A stretch of 63,319 bases of DNA, the filler included, from Octopus bimaculoides (taxonomy: Eukaryota), in assembly GCF_001194135.2 (NCBI RefSeq). It is 4 parts of 3 records of this genome, joined end to end, with 100 filler letters (N's around TTAATTAATTAA, not from the genome) between each part and the next. Parts side by side here need not be neighbours in the genome. Positions count along the whole stretch, not along the records: positions 44,312 to 59,747 come from NC_069000.1; positions 59,848 to 63,319 come from NC_068981.1; 2 more parts are not named here. One strand, written 5' to 3'. Of the stretch, positions 48,391-62,057 are shown in pieces; position 1 is the first letter of the stretch; the number at the start of each line of letters is the position of its first letter. Below the pieces are notes generated by a model. That model saw only the letters and a list, made by a program, of their open reading frames with translations. It did not search any database and had not been told where the DNA came from. A program made the translations under genes and the position numbers.

Positions 48391-49039
48391 CTCATATCAA
48401 AGGTACCTATATATGCATGCGTGTGTTTGTATATTTACTTGGATGTAAACATAAGCACATTTTATATATATATCTATATATACTTACATACACCGTCGCA
48501 TAATACGCACGTACAATAAGTACATATGCAGAAAAAACAAAACAGTAAACCGAATGTCGGTGCAATCTAGGAAAGCTACTAAACATGTGTACCCTACCTA
48601 GCTGTACACCACTAATAGTCACAGCTAAGAGCGTATGAATAGAAGATGGCGAGGAGATAGTGATATCGATCGGAGATAAAATGTGTACGTCTGGTGAAAC
48701 AGTTGTCATATATTGATAGTAACTAGAAAGAAAGAAAGCTTTATGTTTGAAACATTCTGAATAAATAATGCAAAACTCTATCGTGTGTGGTCGACATTCG
48801 CCATATCTCATCTCCATCTGTTCAGCGTTTAATTTTTTTTATTGTTGTTGTTTGTTTTGGTTTTTAAGATGGCGTTTTGTCTTATTCTGTAATTTAAAAA
48901 AAAAACATTTTTGTTTCTCCCTTTCTTTCGGCTTTGGATATTAATGTATTGTTGGCTTTAGATACACATATATATGCACACGCACAAACACACACATACA
49001 TATGAACATATATGTGTGTGTGTGAGAGATGGAGTGACT

Positions 49040-49083
<44 letters not shown>

Positions 49084-49297
49084 AAGAACGAGAGAGAGAG
49101 AGAGAGAGCGATAGAGATAGACAAATGTCTGCTTGGACCGGTAAAGCTACAGGGACACCTTTGCGATATACTGTATTCTAGTATTTTCCATTTGTCGCAG
49201 CTATATATGTTTGTTACTTGTATAATGTGTTTATGTATGTATATGTGTATATTTATGTATGTATCTATCTGTAGGCATGTATGCATATACGTATGTA

Positions 49298-49380
<83 letters not shown>

Positions 49381-49464
49381 AAAATATACCGACAGAACTG
49401 CAGCCGCAATGCTGAAACGAGTAAAATAATAAAAGAATACTCACACACGACACACACGCACACA

Positions 49465-49505
<41 letters not shown>

Positions 49506-49559
49506 ACCCACATACATATATATATAATAAACATATAAATATGTATACTGTTATGTGAA

Positions 49560-49900
49560 AGATCTGTTTGATGTATCCGAAGTCGACTAAGTATGTAATG
49601 TCTGAGAGTCTTTGTTTGAAGGTTGTTGAGGTTGACAGTCTCTCGTGCAGTAATTTCTTTTCCTTGTCCACGATCTGTGGCTTTGGTCCACTTGCAGCGT
49701 TTTAAGATGTGACGTGCGCTGCTTTCTGTGTGTTCTAGGTTCGTTATTATTGGGAAAAGATTACAGACTTAAGCCAGGATTAGCATCATCCATGATGGAT
49801 TTCATACTGCTTATCCATTCGTGATCTTTTAGTCACAATGTAAGGCATTGTTCGTGACCCGTTATAGGGTCTCCAAGACTAAAGAAAGGGTAATGGTAGG
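49560..49900 (-). mobile_element. Possible non-LTR retroelement C-terminal fragment
   Basis: Minus strand EHTESSARHILKRCKWTKATDRG resembles a CCHC-knuckle tail (E...HIL..C). Weak. Confidence 0.3.
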
Positions 49901-50250
49901 TAACTTTGTACTTGGACCCTGGTTCAAATGCTTGCCTCAGAATGGTTTCTTCAAAATCACTTAATATGCTTACCTGGTGTCAAACTTGGTATCGAATAAA
50001 GTTTATTTTATGTTGGGATTTGAACTCGGAACATATGGTGTCGTAAAAATACCATAAGGCATTAGGTACGAATTCTCAAATTCGACATCGGCAGGAATTG
50101 AACTCAAAATGTAAACAACCGCGAAGCACTCTATCCGACGTTCCACTGATTCTGTCAATTCATCGCAACGAAGGTACCATTTTCATTTTCAAGTACCTGT
50201 AACTGCTTTCGGGGCTATTTGTTATATTTCCTCTTCTGTATAAATGTTGT

Positions 50251-50450
50251 AGAGATCAGCACGGCGGGTAAAATGCTTAGCGGTATTTCGTACAACTTAA
50301 TGTTCCGAGTTCAAATTTCGCCGAGGTCAGTTTATCTTTCATCCTCTCTGGTTCAATAAAATAAGTACCAGTTGATCATTAAGCTCGATGTATCAACTCA
50401 TCTCCTTCCCCCCCATATTGCTGGCATTGTGCCAAAGTTTGACAGCAATA
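50251..50450 (+). mobile_element. SINE family 2, diverged
   Basis: GTAAAATGCTTAGCGGTATTTCG...GAGTTCAAATTTCGCCGAGGTC...AAAATAAGTACCAG. Confidence 0.75.
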
Positions 50451-51373
50451 TTTCCCTATTCAGTATAATTGAGTAGTTGATTCTAATGGTTGTAGATATT
50501 ATGAAATCCGTTGTACATCATCTCACCCTTAATTTTCTAAGTCGGGGATGGTTAATTTGAGAAAATATTCGTTAGTAATCCCAGAAGGTTGGGAGTAGAC
50601 ACAGAGTCCAACTCGTTCAAAATCTAAGTACGAAGCAGCCAAAGGTGAGAGGCGAACACAGGTAGCTACATGGTTTTTTTCGGTTTTTCCAAGACTGAGC
50701 AGACGTTAACCTTAGACTGGTTTCACGGTCCGAATTTTTTCATCAGCGTAGGTTCCTATGCTTACTTAGAATACGTAGACTTAGGGTTTGTTATGAGCTG
50801 ATACTCAAAATGTCGGAGCATAACCCGCTCTACATGGAGTATAGGTAATTGAAATTACAACTCTCCTCTGCACCTCGCTTAACAAAAGGCACGCCGCTCC
50901 ATCGCTGGTTTAAATTTCCAGCTATCGCTGGAGCTCACGACTAAGTGAACCGGAGCAACTTTAATTAAGTATTTTCCACAAGGACAGAACGCATTGCTCG
51001 ATTGGAAAATCGACGCAATGATCTTACACTCGAGCCATTAGGCCACTAAAAGCATTAAAAATCCCCTCCTTAACTTTTATCGAATTTATTGTATGTTAAA
51101 ACGAATTTAAACTGTGTTGTTACAGATTGAATCCACTGGTATTTGGTAGAAAAGAGATTAAATGAATATCCGCCATCTTAGAATAAATGTTACACGCTGA
51201 GAAAGATCCTTAAACAAACTACAATGGCTCCTTTTTTTCTCAACACTAAGAGAATAATTTCAAATAATTAAATTGATTAAGACTTCTTGGCTCTCTACAT
51301 CAAGTAAGATAATACCGTGCATAAATTGAGTAAAACATGTCGACAAATAGTTTCCTCTTTTAATTCGCTTTAT

Positions 51374-51423
<50 letters not shown>

Positions 51424-52050
51424 TTCGGTTTTTGAGTGAGTGAGAGAGAGAGAAAGAGAAAAAGAGAGAAGAGAGAGAGAGAAAGAGAAAAAGAGAGAAA
51501 GTGAGAGAGAAAGAAATGAAAACACCTGCAACAATAAAGGTAAGGACGTTACTATTCCTCTCCTGGAACTGACAGTTTCTGGAATATGTCCAAGAATCTG
51601 AATGCGCTTTAGCTAAACATGATTAATTTCTTTATTGCTGCAAAGCAGAAGATAAGCTCGATCTGTCAACAACGCTACTACCACCACTACCACCACCGCC
51701 ACCACCTCCACCGTCCACCACTAAAATCAGCACCTCCATTGCGACAACTACAACATCAACAACAAAAACAACAAACGCTAACATCAATTCTCAAACCACA
51801 AACAGTAAGTGAACGGAGGAGAACTATAAAGATTATTATGCTCAAGGCATAATTTTTTTCCTCTTTTTATTTCTTTCAAAGAAACTTTGTAGAAATCCAA
51901 TCTTATGTGTATGGGCTTTCCTGTTTGTTTGTTTTTTTTTTCACCTTTTCTCTCTCTCTCTCTCTCTGTGGCCATCTCTCTCTTTTTTCACNNNNNNNNN
52001 NACGTGAGTGTATATATGTCTGTGTGTGTGTGTGTCTCTGTGTCTGTCTG

Positions 52051-52091
<41 letters not shown>

Positions 52092-52092
52092 G

Positions 52093-52176
<84 letters not shown>

Positions 52177-52658
52177 CCTGTCTATCTATCTGCTCGTCTC
52201 CCTATCTGTCTACTTATCGGCCTTTTCCCCCTCCTCCTATCACTTAAGATACGTTGTTTTTTTTTCTTTCATATATATGTTTTTAAAAATAACTTAACAC
52301 ATTCCATTGATCGTTTGTCTTCGTTGTTGTACTGTCAGATGTTCCCGTCTGTAGGTCAGTGACTAACAAACAAGTTTCGGTCACGTTTTTTTTTAAGTTT
52401 GCAAAAACACATCACACACACACACACACACAAAGACGCACACACACACACACACACTAACGCACACCCGCACACAGAGAGCAAATCTAAACCATTACAT
52501 CTATATGGTTAATGGACAGTCAATTAACAAGACATTTGAAAAATAATCAACATGTCACGTCACATTAATGCATTCATCTGTCAAAAACCTAAATACACTT
52601 GCAACCGACTAAGTCTATCTTATATTACAGACCACCTTTTGATTTTTCTTCCTGTTTT

Positions 52659-52705
<47 letters not shown>

Positions 52706-52771
52706 CATCATCATCATCCTCATCATCATCATCATTATTATTATTATTATTGAATTCTTTGTGTTGGTGTT

Positions 52772-53003
52772 AAGGCGGTGAAGTGGCAGAAACGTTAGCA
52801 CGCCGGGCGAAATGCTTAGCGGTATCTCGTCCGTCTTTACGATCTGAGTTCAAATTCCACCGAGGTCGACTTTGCTTTTCATCCTTTCGGGGTGGATTAA
52901 ATGAGTGCCAGTTACGCACTGGGGTCGATGTAATCGACTTAATACCTCTGTCTGTCACTCTTTGTCCCCTCTGTGTTTAGCCCCTTTTGGGCAATAAGGA
53001 AAT
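52772..53003 (+). mobile_element. SINE family 2, full unit (a second diverged unit lies at 53096-53300)
   Basis: AAGGCGGTGAAGTGGCAGAAACGTTAGCACGCCGGGCGAAATGCTTAGCGG...GAGTTCAAATTCC...GGCAATAAGGAAATAA. Confidence 0.9.
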
Positions 53004-53351
53004 AAATTATTATTATTATTATTATCATTATTATTATTATTAGCAGTAATAGTAGTAGTAGTAGTAGTAGTAGTCGTAGTAGAGTTGTAATGTTATAGGC
53101 GGTGAGCTGCCAGAGAGTTTAGCCACGCGTGACAAAATGATCCGCAGCGTTTCGTCCCTTTTCGCATTCTGTGTTCAAAATCCGCAGAGATCGAATTTAG
53201 CTTCCATTCTTTCGGTGCCGACAAAATAAGTACCAGTGGAGTACTGGTGGGGGGAGGGTCGATGTAATCGAGTTTCGTACTGGCTTCAGCTGACTGCAGG
53301 ATTCGTCCAAAGGGCAGTAACACCTGTTTCGAATAACGATGTATTCAGCAA

Positions 53352-53605
53352 TGTATCTGTGTATGTATGTATGTATGATTTTGTTTCTGTATTTGTCTCC
53401 GACCACCGGTTGACTACCGCAGTTGGTGTGCTTGCATCCTCATAAATTAGGAGTTCGGCAAAAAGAGAAAAAAAAAGCCCATAGAATAAGTACCAGGCTT
53501 AAAGAATAATAAACGCACGGGGTTTGAATCTTTCGAATCATGTCTTTCAATGCGGTGCCCCAGCATAGCCGCATTCAAATGACTGAATCAAGTAAACGAA
53601 AAAAG
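53352..53605 (+). mobile_element. SINE family 1, 3' half, diverged
   Basis: TTTGTCTCC...GTTCGGCAAAAAGAG...TAGAATAAGTACCAGGCTT...GCGGTGCCCCAGCATAGCCGCA. Confidence 0.75.
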
Positions 53606-54216
53606 ATGAACCACACAGCCTCTTCCTAATTAATTGGTCTGTGTTGATTGTATAATTAAAGGGTAGATATATGTTCAACATCATCATCGTCACCACCACC
53701 ACCACCACCACCACAATCATCATCATCATCATCACCATCATCACCACTACCATCACCATGATCGTCTTCGTCGTCGTCGTCGTCATCATCATCATCATCA
53801 GCTTCTTTACAAACATCGTCCCCGAGGAGTATTTCAACTAAAACAAACAAACAAACAGACATTTTAAGAATTTGTAACAAGTTAGAAACCGGTCAAAGAC
53901 AAGCCAACTGCACGGTATGGCGGTCGGTCGCCGTTAACATATCATGGCGGCGTCAACGTCAGCCATATTTCAAGGATTATAATACAACGGAAACTTTTAT
54001 TAAATAAATAATTTTCCCCAGTTTCTTGTTTTATTTTATTTTATTTTATTTTATATTTTTGGCTTCTTTGTGTGCTTGATATTCTTTTTCTGTTCGTATT
54101 CCTTTGTATTTTTTTCTTTGATTTTTTTTTATTATTTCTTTATGAAACGAAAATTTCAAAGGAAGCTATATAATACTTGTTGAACATTCAAAGAAGTGAT
54201 TAATACAGCACCCCGT

Positions 54217-54247
<31 letters not shown>

Positions 54248-54848
54248 NNNNNNNNNNNNNNNNNNNNNNNNNNNNNNNNNNNNNNNNNNNNNNNNNNNNN
54301 NNNNNNNNNNNNNNNNNNNNNNNNNNNNNNNNNNNNNNNNNNNNNNNNNNNNNNNNNNNNNNNNNNNNNNNNNNNNNNNNNNNNNNNNNNNNNNNNNNNN
54401 NNNNNNNNNNNNNNNNNNNNNNNNNNNNNNNNNNNNNNNNNNNNNNNNNNNNNNNNNNNNNNNNNNNNNNNNNNNNNNNNNNNNNNNNNNNNNNNNNNNN
54501 NNNNNNNNNNNNNNNNNNNNNNNNNNNNNNNNNNNNNNNNNNNNNNNNNNNNNNNNNNNNNNNNNNNNNNNNNNNNNNNNNNNNNNNNNNNNNNNNNNNN
54601 NNNNNNNNNNNNNNNNNNNNNNNNNNNNNNNNNNNNNNNNNNNNNNNNNNNNNNNNNNNNNNNNNNNNNNNNNNNNNNNNNNNNNNNNNNNNNNNNNNNN
54701 NNNNNNNNNNNNNNNNNNNNNNNNNNNNNNNNNNNNNNNNNNNNNNNNNNNNNNNNNNNNNNNNNNNNNNNNNNNNNNNNNNNNNNNNNNNNNNNNNNNN
54801 NNNNNNNNNNNNNNNNNNNNNNNNNNNNNNNNNNNNNNNNNNNNNNNN

Positions 54849-54894
<46 letters not shown>

Positions 54895-57231
54895 CATACA
54901 TATGTATACATATATATACATATTTATACACACACACACACACACACACATATTTTAATATATACGTACATGCATACACAAAAACACACACGAGTACATA
55001 CATATGTACCATAATCGTCACGCACACTCATGCACGTATACACATACACACGCATTGTTTTCTTCTCTGCAGCAAAATATGAAAACCGACTTTTAATTCT
55101 ACCATAATCTTACTTAAGTTGCACCAATATTTAAAATTAATCATTCGGTTTTATTCATGATATGTATTTGTTATATTTATATAATTTTTCAAAAAATATT
55201 TTCTCTCTTCTTGTTTGAAATTTTTACGTTTGTTTTTGTTTAAAAATTAATTTATAAATTTTATGGAAAAATTTATAATAATAATGGCCTAAATGTAAAT
55301 GAACTGATCGGTTAAATTATATTTTATTGCAGATTAAATAATATTGATTATGAAAATAAGAATATAACTTTCCTTCATATCCTTTACATAGGCACGCATA
55401 CATTAATGCTTATAAATATATATATATATATTATTTATAAATATAACACACACATATAATATATATGTATATATATGTATGTATATACATATATATGTGT
55501 GTGTGTATATATATGTACATACGTGTACGTATATATAAGTATATGTATATATTATTTATAAATAACACACACACACATATATATGTATATATATATGTGT
55601 ATATATATATATGTATATATATATATACCTACATATATATATATATCTGCGTGTGTGTATGTATATATGTACATGCGTGTACGTATTTATGTCTATATAT
55701 GTATACATATGCATATCTATGCGTATCGATATAAAATGATATATACTTACTCACCCAATAATTTATATATATATATGTGTGTGTGCGTGTGTGTAAGATA
55801 GATGTGTATACAAACTCATACATACATGTATATAGGCATATATACATGTATGCCTAATTGAATTTCTTTATATAATATATGTATATATATATAGACTATT
55901 TAAATATATATATTTATATACATATTATATGTGAGTGTATGAGTGTGTTTATATGCATTTATTCTATATAGCTATTCATTCTTTACTAACACATTCCGTT
56001 TGTTTACAAGTATAAGACCAATCCACAGGGATATACACACAAATGCATACACACAAACGCATACACGCAAGCACATACAAACATAATCGTAAAAATAATC
56101 ACACACATACAGGCATACGCACATTTACAGTCAACTTGTAATTTTCTTAAATCTTAAACTCAAATGATCCGATAGATTTAATGGGATTGAGATGAAGAGA
56201 TAATCTTCGAATCTTCTATCAGAAAATTTCTGCTTCCAGATATTAATAAAGAGTAACTGCAAAACAGGTAAAAAAATTAAAATTTTCTTTTTTCACTTTT
56301 GAAATCCAATTTAATATTCCCGTCAGGATTTTTACATGAAAAGACATCAAAATATTTTATTAAAAAGTAATCTTTTGTTAATTTTTGTTGATTATTTTTT
56401 GTTGTGATTTTTCTTAAAATTTTTCGTTTATTATTTTAAAAATTTGTTTATTTGCGTTTATTTATTTTGTTTTTATTAATTATCGCGGTTTGATTTAATA
56501 ATAGAATTCTGTGGATGAATAAAAACAAAATTCAATTCAAAAAATAATAAAATCGTAGAAAAATTCGAAGAAATGTTAGTTGAAAATATATATATTCTGT
56601 GATTTGTTGCATAAGATATTTCAACATTGATAGAAATTCAATAGATTAATTGTTAACGTGGTACATAGCTCTGCTTATTTAATGCTTTGGTATATTGGGA
56701 TGAAAGTGGATGTGGATGGGGTGGAATCGGTGAGTATTCGGAGCAAGGCTTTCTCTTTATAAATATTTGTGCGAGAGAACAATAAATGCGCGTCCCTGAT
56801 ATTTATGGTTAAATAGGTAAATATAGATATAGTTAGATATAGATGGAAAGATATAGATAAAGGTATATTGCTATCTAAATAGAAAAAAAATGATTGATGT
56901 AAAGATATGAAGCTAGTAAATAAATATAGAGACATATATCAAAATAGTGTGAAGGTATTGTATATGCATGTACGTGTGAGCATATTTATATATATACACA
57001 CACACATATAGCGAGAGAAAGACAGCATGAGAGAGGAGAGGAGGAGAAATCTCTGGTGACAGGCGATCCATTTGGTTAGCCTGATGATTTGGCAAATACG
57101 TAACATATTACGTAATCTTCTGGATGTCGCCATAACTGACTACTATACTTGTATCCCGATAAAGACACTTAACGAAACAATTGTAGCAATATCAGATAAC
57201 TCCATTTGTTGGCATTTATTATATATATATT

Positions 57232-57566
57232 GTCGAACAAATCCACCCCAAGACTTATTCTTTGTAAGCCTAGTATCTATTCTAAACACACTACGTAACA
57301 CATCACGTAAACACACCAGCATCGGTTGTCAAGCGATGTTGGAGGGACAAACACAGACACACAAACATATATACACATATACACATATATATATACTTAT
57401 ATACGACGGGCTTCTTTCAGTTTCCGTCTACCATATCCACTCACAAGACTTTGGTCGGTTCGAGGCTATAGTACAAGACACTTGCGCAAGGCGCTTCGCA
57501 GTGGGACTGAACCCGGAACCATTCGGTTGGCAAGCAAACTTCTTACCACACAGCCACTCCAGCGCC
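57232..57566 (-). mobile_element. SINE family 1
   Basis: Head GGCGCTGGAGTGGCTGTGTGGTAAG...GGGTTCAGTCCC at the 57566 end, internal TA/TG tract, truncated tail. Confidence 0.9.
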
Positions 57567-58444
57567 GTTTACATTCGTATAAAAAAGTTACTAAAGTATT
57601 TTGTTGTGGAATTATAACCAATTTACTGCGCATAAATTCTAATAACGAAATCTTACAAGGACCCTCATAAAGGGTCATACCAACCCCGGTTCAGAACCTC
57701 TGATTTGATGCATTCCGACCGTTACCGCACCTTCTTTTTACAGGTGTTGTAGACTAGCAGTATCAAAGCCATTCTTCCGTCTTTGATAGAACTTAGTGTG
57801 GTACTTTCAGGAACATTTCGATTATATTTCGAACAGATCGGGTCATAAAGAAAAGAAGGTTTATTTTCCATTCATAATGGCTTCCATTGTCTTTTATTGA
57901 ACTCAAAGGAGAAACAATAAACGTAGATATAAAAATTATTGTGATTCGTTCCTTTGAATTGTCGTAATGTCTATGAACATTTAGTATTTTTTCTACAGAA
58001 ATTGGGAAAATGTGTGTGCATGTGTGTGTGAGTGTGTGTGTGTGAGTGGGTGAGTATGTATATTTGTGTATGTGGTTTTGTGCGATTGTGCGTGATTGTG
58101 GTGGTGGCGAAGATGTAACATTTTGGGGATAAAGGTAATTAGAAGATAATAAGTAACAATCAGGAACAAAGACTAAAGAACGAAAGTGACAAAAAAAAAT
58201 AACAACAACAAAAGACCTCCAAAAACAACAACGCAAACGAACAATGGAAATAAAGAAAAGAACAAAAAATTAAAATAAAAAGAGGAAGAAAAAGGAGAAG
58301 AAGAACCAAAGTAATTTTAAAATGGCGGTGTTGAAATATTTATTGTCTTTTGACATCTCAATAAAATGTCACGAAGAATTTGGCAGAAATAATCTAGTTG
58401 TATATCTAAATAGACATTGTAATTAGAAATGGAAAATAAAGACA

Positions 58445-58685
58445 CGAGATGATGATGATGATGATGATGAAGGTAGTCATGTGTTGGTTATGGTGATGAT
58501 GACGATGATAATGATGCTGGTGCCGGTGATGATGAGGATGATGGAAATGACGACGGTAATGAAGGTGGCGATGGGGATGGTGATGGTGATTAGAGCGTTG
58601 CTGCTGCTGCTGGTGTAGGTGCAGGTTGTGGTAGTGGACGTAATGGCGACGATGATGATGATGAAAAACGGTAATAATGATAAAG

Positions 58686-58739
<54 letters not shown>

Positions 58740-58870
58740 ATGATGATGATGATGATGATGGCCTTGATGATGACGGTGATGATGATGATGATGGCTTTGA
58801 TGATGACGGTGATGATGATGGTGGTGATTTCGATGGTAATGGTGTCATCAGTGGTGACGAAGAGGAACGG
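58445..58870. repeat. (GAT/GGT)n low-complexity tract
   Basis: Directly visible; the poly-M and poly-D ORFs are artefacts. Confidence 0.9.
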
Positions 58871-59708
58871 TCACTATAGAAAGATCAATAATGATACCGA
58901 AATAATGATAAATTATAAATTAATAGTTATAATTTATTCATTAATTAGGATGATAAAGATAATGACCAACGAGCCCTGGTCAACAATGACAACCAATTTG
59001 AAGTCAGATCTTAATGGAAAGAGATTGGTCAGTACAGAAAGCATGCTTAATACGTCAAGTAAGACCCATCTGGAAGATCGTCCATATATAAGCAGTAAGA
59101 AGCGGTTTATAAGAAAAGACCCAATAACTAGTCATCTGTATATCATATTAAAAGTATATACATCATACAATACTGAGGCTATATTAATTCAGCAGTTCAT
59201 CCGGCGTGCCAACGATTCTACCAGTTCTTTGCCTCCTATATACACGCAATGTTGGGAACCCATCAGCTGCTCTCTGGTGACCCGGAAGGGGGTGAGCAAT
59301 GTTTGCCTAAATAGGGTTGCTTAGACACTAAGGCCTATTCCGGAGCTCAGCATTGATCCCTTTATCCAGTAACGATTATTCCCCCTGAGTCACCTAGAGT
59401 GTGTGCTTCCGACAGCTTCCAGCTTTTCAACGTTGTAGTCATGGGCAGTTACTCATCGCCATGTGACTTCCAAATAGTGAAGCCGTAGTGAATTTATGTA
59501 AACTTTATAAAGTGAGGTCTAATTGCACAAAAAAGCACCCAACCCTCTTTCCTTGCTGTTCGGCTATCCAGTAGCAAGACATGATCATATCAACACAAAA
59601 GAAATGTCGGATGCTGTAACAGAAAGCATCAGGCATATACATATACGCCGATAATCATAAAAACACGCGGACATACTTAAAAACACTGTGATATAATGCA
59701 TACATACA

Positions 59709-59747
<39 letters not shown>

Positions 59748-59847
59748 NNNNNNNNNNNNNNNNNNNNNNNNNNNNNNNNNNNNNNNNNNNNTTAATTAAT
59801 TAANNNNNNNNNNNNNNNNNNNNNNNNNNNNNNNNNNNNNNNNNNNN
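59748..59847. other. Artificial scaffold spacer 3
   Basis: 44 N + TTAATTAATTAA (59792-59803) + 44 N. Confidence 0.95.
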
Positions 59848-59890
<43 letters not shown>

Positions 59891-59895
59891 TTATA

Positions 59896-60267
59896 TCTTT
59901 TACTTGTTTCAATTATTCGACTGTAACGATGCTGGGGCACCGCCTTGAAGCGTTATTCGAGCGAATCGACCCCGGTATTTTTTGTTGTTCAGTCTGCTGC
60001 TTATTCTCTTGATCTCTAGGGTCGAACCGCTAGGTTACGGGGATGTAATCAAAACAGCATCAGTTGTCAAGTGGTGTGCGGGAGCGGACACATGAAGAAC
60101 ACAAAGACATTGAAACGCAGGCAAATACAATTTCCGTGAGCCAAATTCACTCACAAGGCTATAGTCGGCCTAGGATTATAGCAGAAAGCACTTGCCCAAA
60201 GTTCCACTAAGTGGGACTGAACCTAGAACTGTGTGGTTGGGAAGTAATCACCACACAGTCATGCCTG
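59896..60267 (-). mobile_element. SINE family 1, diverged
   Basis: Head CAGGCATGACTGTGTGGTG...AGGTTCAGTCCC; tail ...GCGGTGCCCCAGCATCG...GAAACAAGTAAAAG. Confidence 0.8.
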
Positions 60268-61319
60268 TTCTTATGTACATACATACATACATATTTATAT
60301 ATACTTACACATACATATATGTATGTACGTAAATATATATGTGTATGTGTGTGTATGTGTGTCTATATATGTATATGTATATATGTGTATATATATTATG
60401 TATATGTATATATATATATATGTGTGTGTGTGTGTATATATATATATATTCATACATATACATATATGTATGTGTGTATATATACATACCTACATATATA
60501 TATATATATATATAAGACAGGTGTTTTTTTATCTATTTTATTTTATAATTTTTTTTTTGCGATATTAACNNNNNNNNNNNNNNNNNNNNNNNNNNNNNNN
60601 NNNNNNNNNNNNNNNNNNNNNNNNNNNNNNNNNNNNNNNNNNNNNNNNNNNNNNNNNNNNNNNNNNNNNNNNNNNNNNNNNNNNNNNNNNNNNNNNNNNN
60701 NNNNNNNNNNNNNNNNNNNNNNNNNNNNNNNNNNNNNNNNNNNNNNNNNNNNNNNNNNNNNNNNNNNNNNNNNNNNNNNNNNNNNNNNNNNNNNNNNNNN
60801 NNNNNNNNNNNNNNNNNNNNNNNNNNNNNNNNNNNNNNNNNNNNNNNNNNNNNNNNNNNNNNNNNNNNNNNNNNNNNNNNNNNNNNNNNNNNNNNNNNNN
60901 NNNNNNNNNNNNNNNNNNNNNNNNNNNNNNNNNNNNNNNNNNNNNNNNNNNNNNNNNNNNNNNNNNNNNNNNNNNNNNNNNNNNNNNNNNNNNNNNNNNN
61001 NNNNNNNNNNNNNNNNNNNNNNNNNNNNNNNNNNNNNNNNNNNNNNNNNNNNNNNNNNNNNNNNNNNNNNNNNNNNNNNNNNNNNNNNNNNNNNNNNNNN
61101 NNNNNNNNNNNNNNNNNNNNNNNNNNNNNNNNNNNNNNNNNNNNNNNNNNNNNNNNNNNNNNNNNNNNNNNNNNNNNNNNNNNNNNNNNNNNNNNNNNNN
61201 NNNGTATATATATATATATATATATATACGTATATATATATACATATATATATATGTATGTATATACATATGTGTGTGTGTATATGTATATAGATACATA
61301 CATACAGACATACATAAAT

Positions 61320-61368
<49 letters not shown>

Positions 61369-61398
61369 TAGATACATACATACATGCATATGAATATA

Positions 61399-62010
61399 TA
61401 CGAGGTCTGATCAATAAGTATTCGGACTATAATAACGAAGCTAAAGCACAAAGAGTGAAGTCGCTGGGCACAGATTGACCTTGAACTCTGCTGTGAATGC
61501 GCACTAAGTTTTAACGTTCTAGCTCACTTCCGCTGTTTACGGCAGTGCTTGGAAGGAAGGTGTGTAGCGTGTGATCGTCGCATTGACCATGACAGGGAAA
61601 GTTAAGCAGACAATCTGCATCAAATTTTGCCAAAATCTTGGCGATACGTGCTCAGAGGTCTACTCAAAGTTTTCAAAAATATATTTTTTCGACCATCTTG
61701 GAAACATCTGAAGCACTCATACACTTTTGTGCGGCTCATACACTCCTCTCCATATACTTTCTGCAACTTTGCGTCGGCCTCTGAGCAGGTATCACCATGA
61801 CAACTTTCTCTGTCATGGTCAATGCAACAATCACACAACACACCTTCCTTCTGAGCACTGCTGTAAACAGTGAAAGTAAGCTAGAACGTTAAAACTTAGT
61901 GCGCATGCACAACATAGTTCAAGGTCAATCTGTGCCAAGCGGCCCTACTTTGTATGCTTTAGCTTCGTTACTGTGATAACAGTCCGAATACTTATTGATC
62001 AGACCTCATA
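61399..62010. mobile_element. Fold-back mariner MITE built from two left ends
   Basis: TIR TA(C/T)GAGGTCTGATCAATAAGTATTCGGACT at both ends. About 210 bp of 5' UTR plus the transposase start occur on both strands (ICIKFCQNLGDTCSE on +; GDTCSEADAKLQKVYGEECMSRTKVYECF on -). Confidence 0.9.
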
Positions 62011-62057
62011 TGTGTGTATATATATATATATATATAAGCGTTTGATTCTATCAATAG

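Noticed and set aside
53656-53880. Acidic ORF/exon EILLGDDVCKEADDDD...
   Set aside because: Mostly (GAT)n, which is ubiquitous in this window; no donor or homology.
2467-61451. Long ORFs in the supplied track that span N runs or microsatellites (poly-X, CVCV, HTHT, YIYI, LSLS, poly-R/E/D/M)
   Set aside because: They stay open only because of gaps or stop-free simple repeats; no coding signal.
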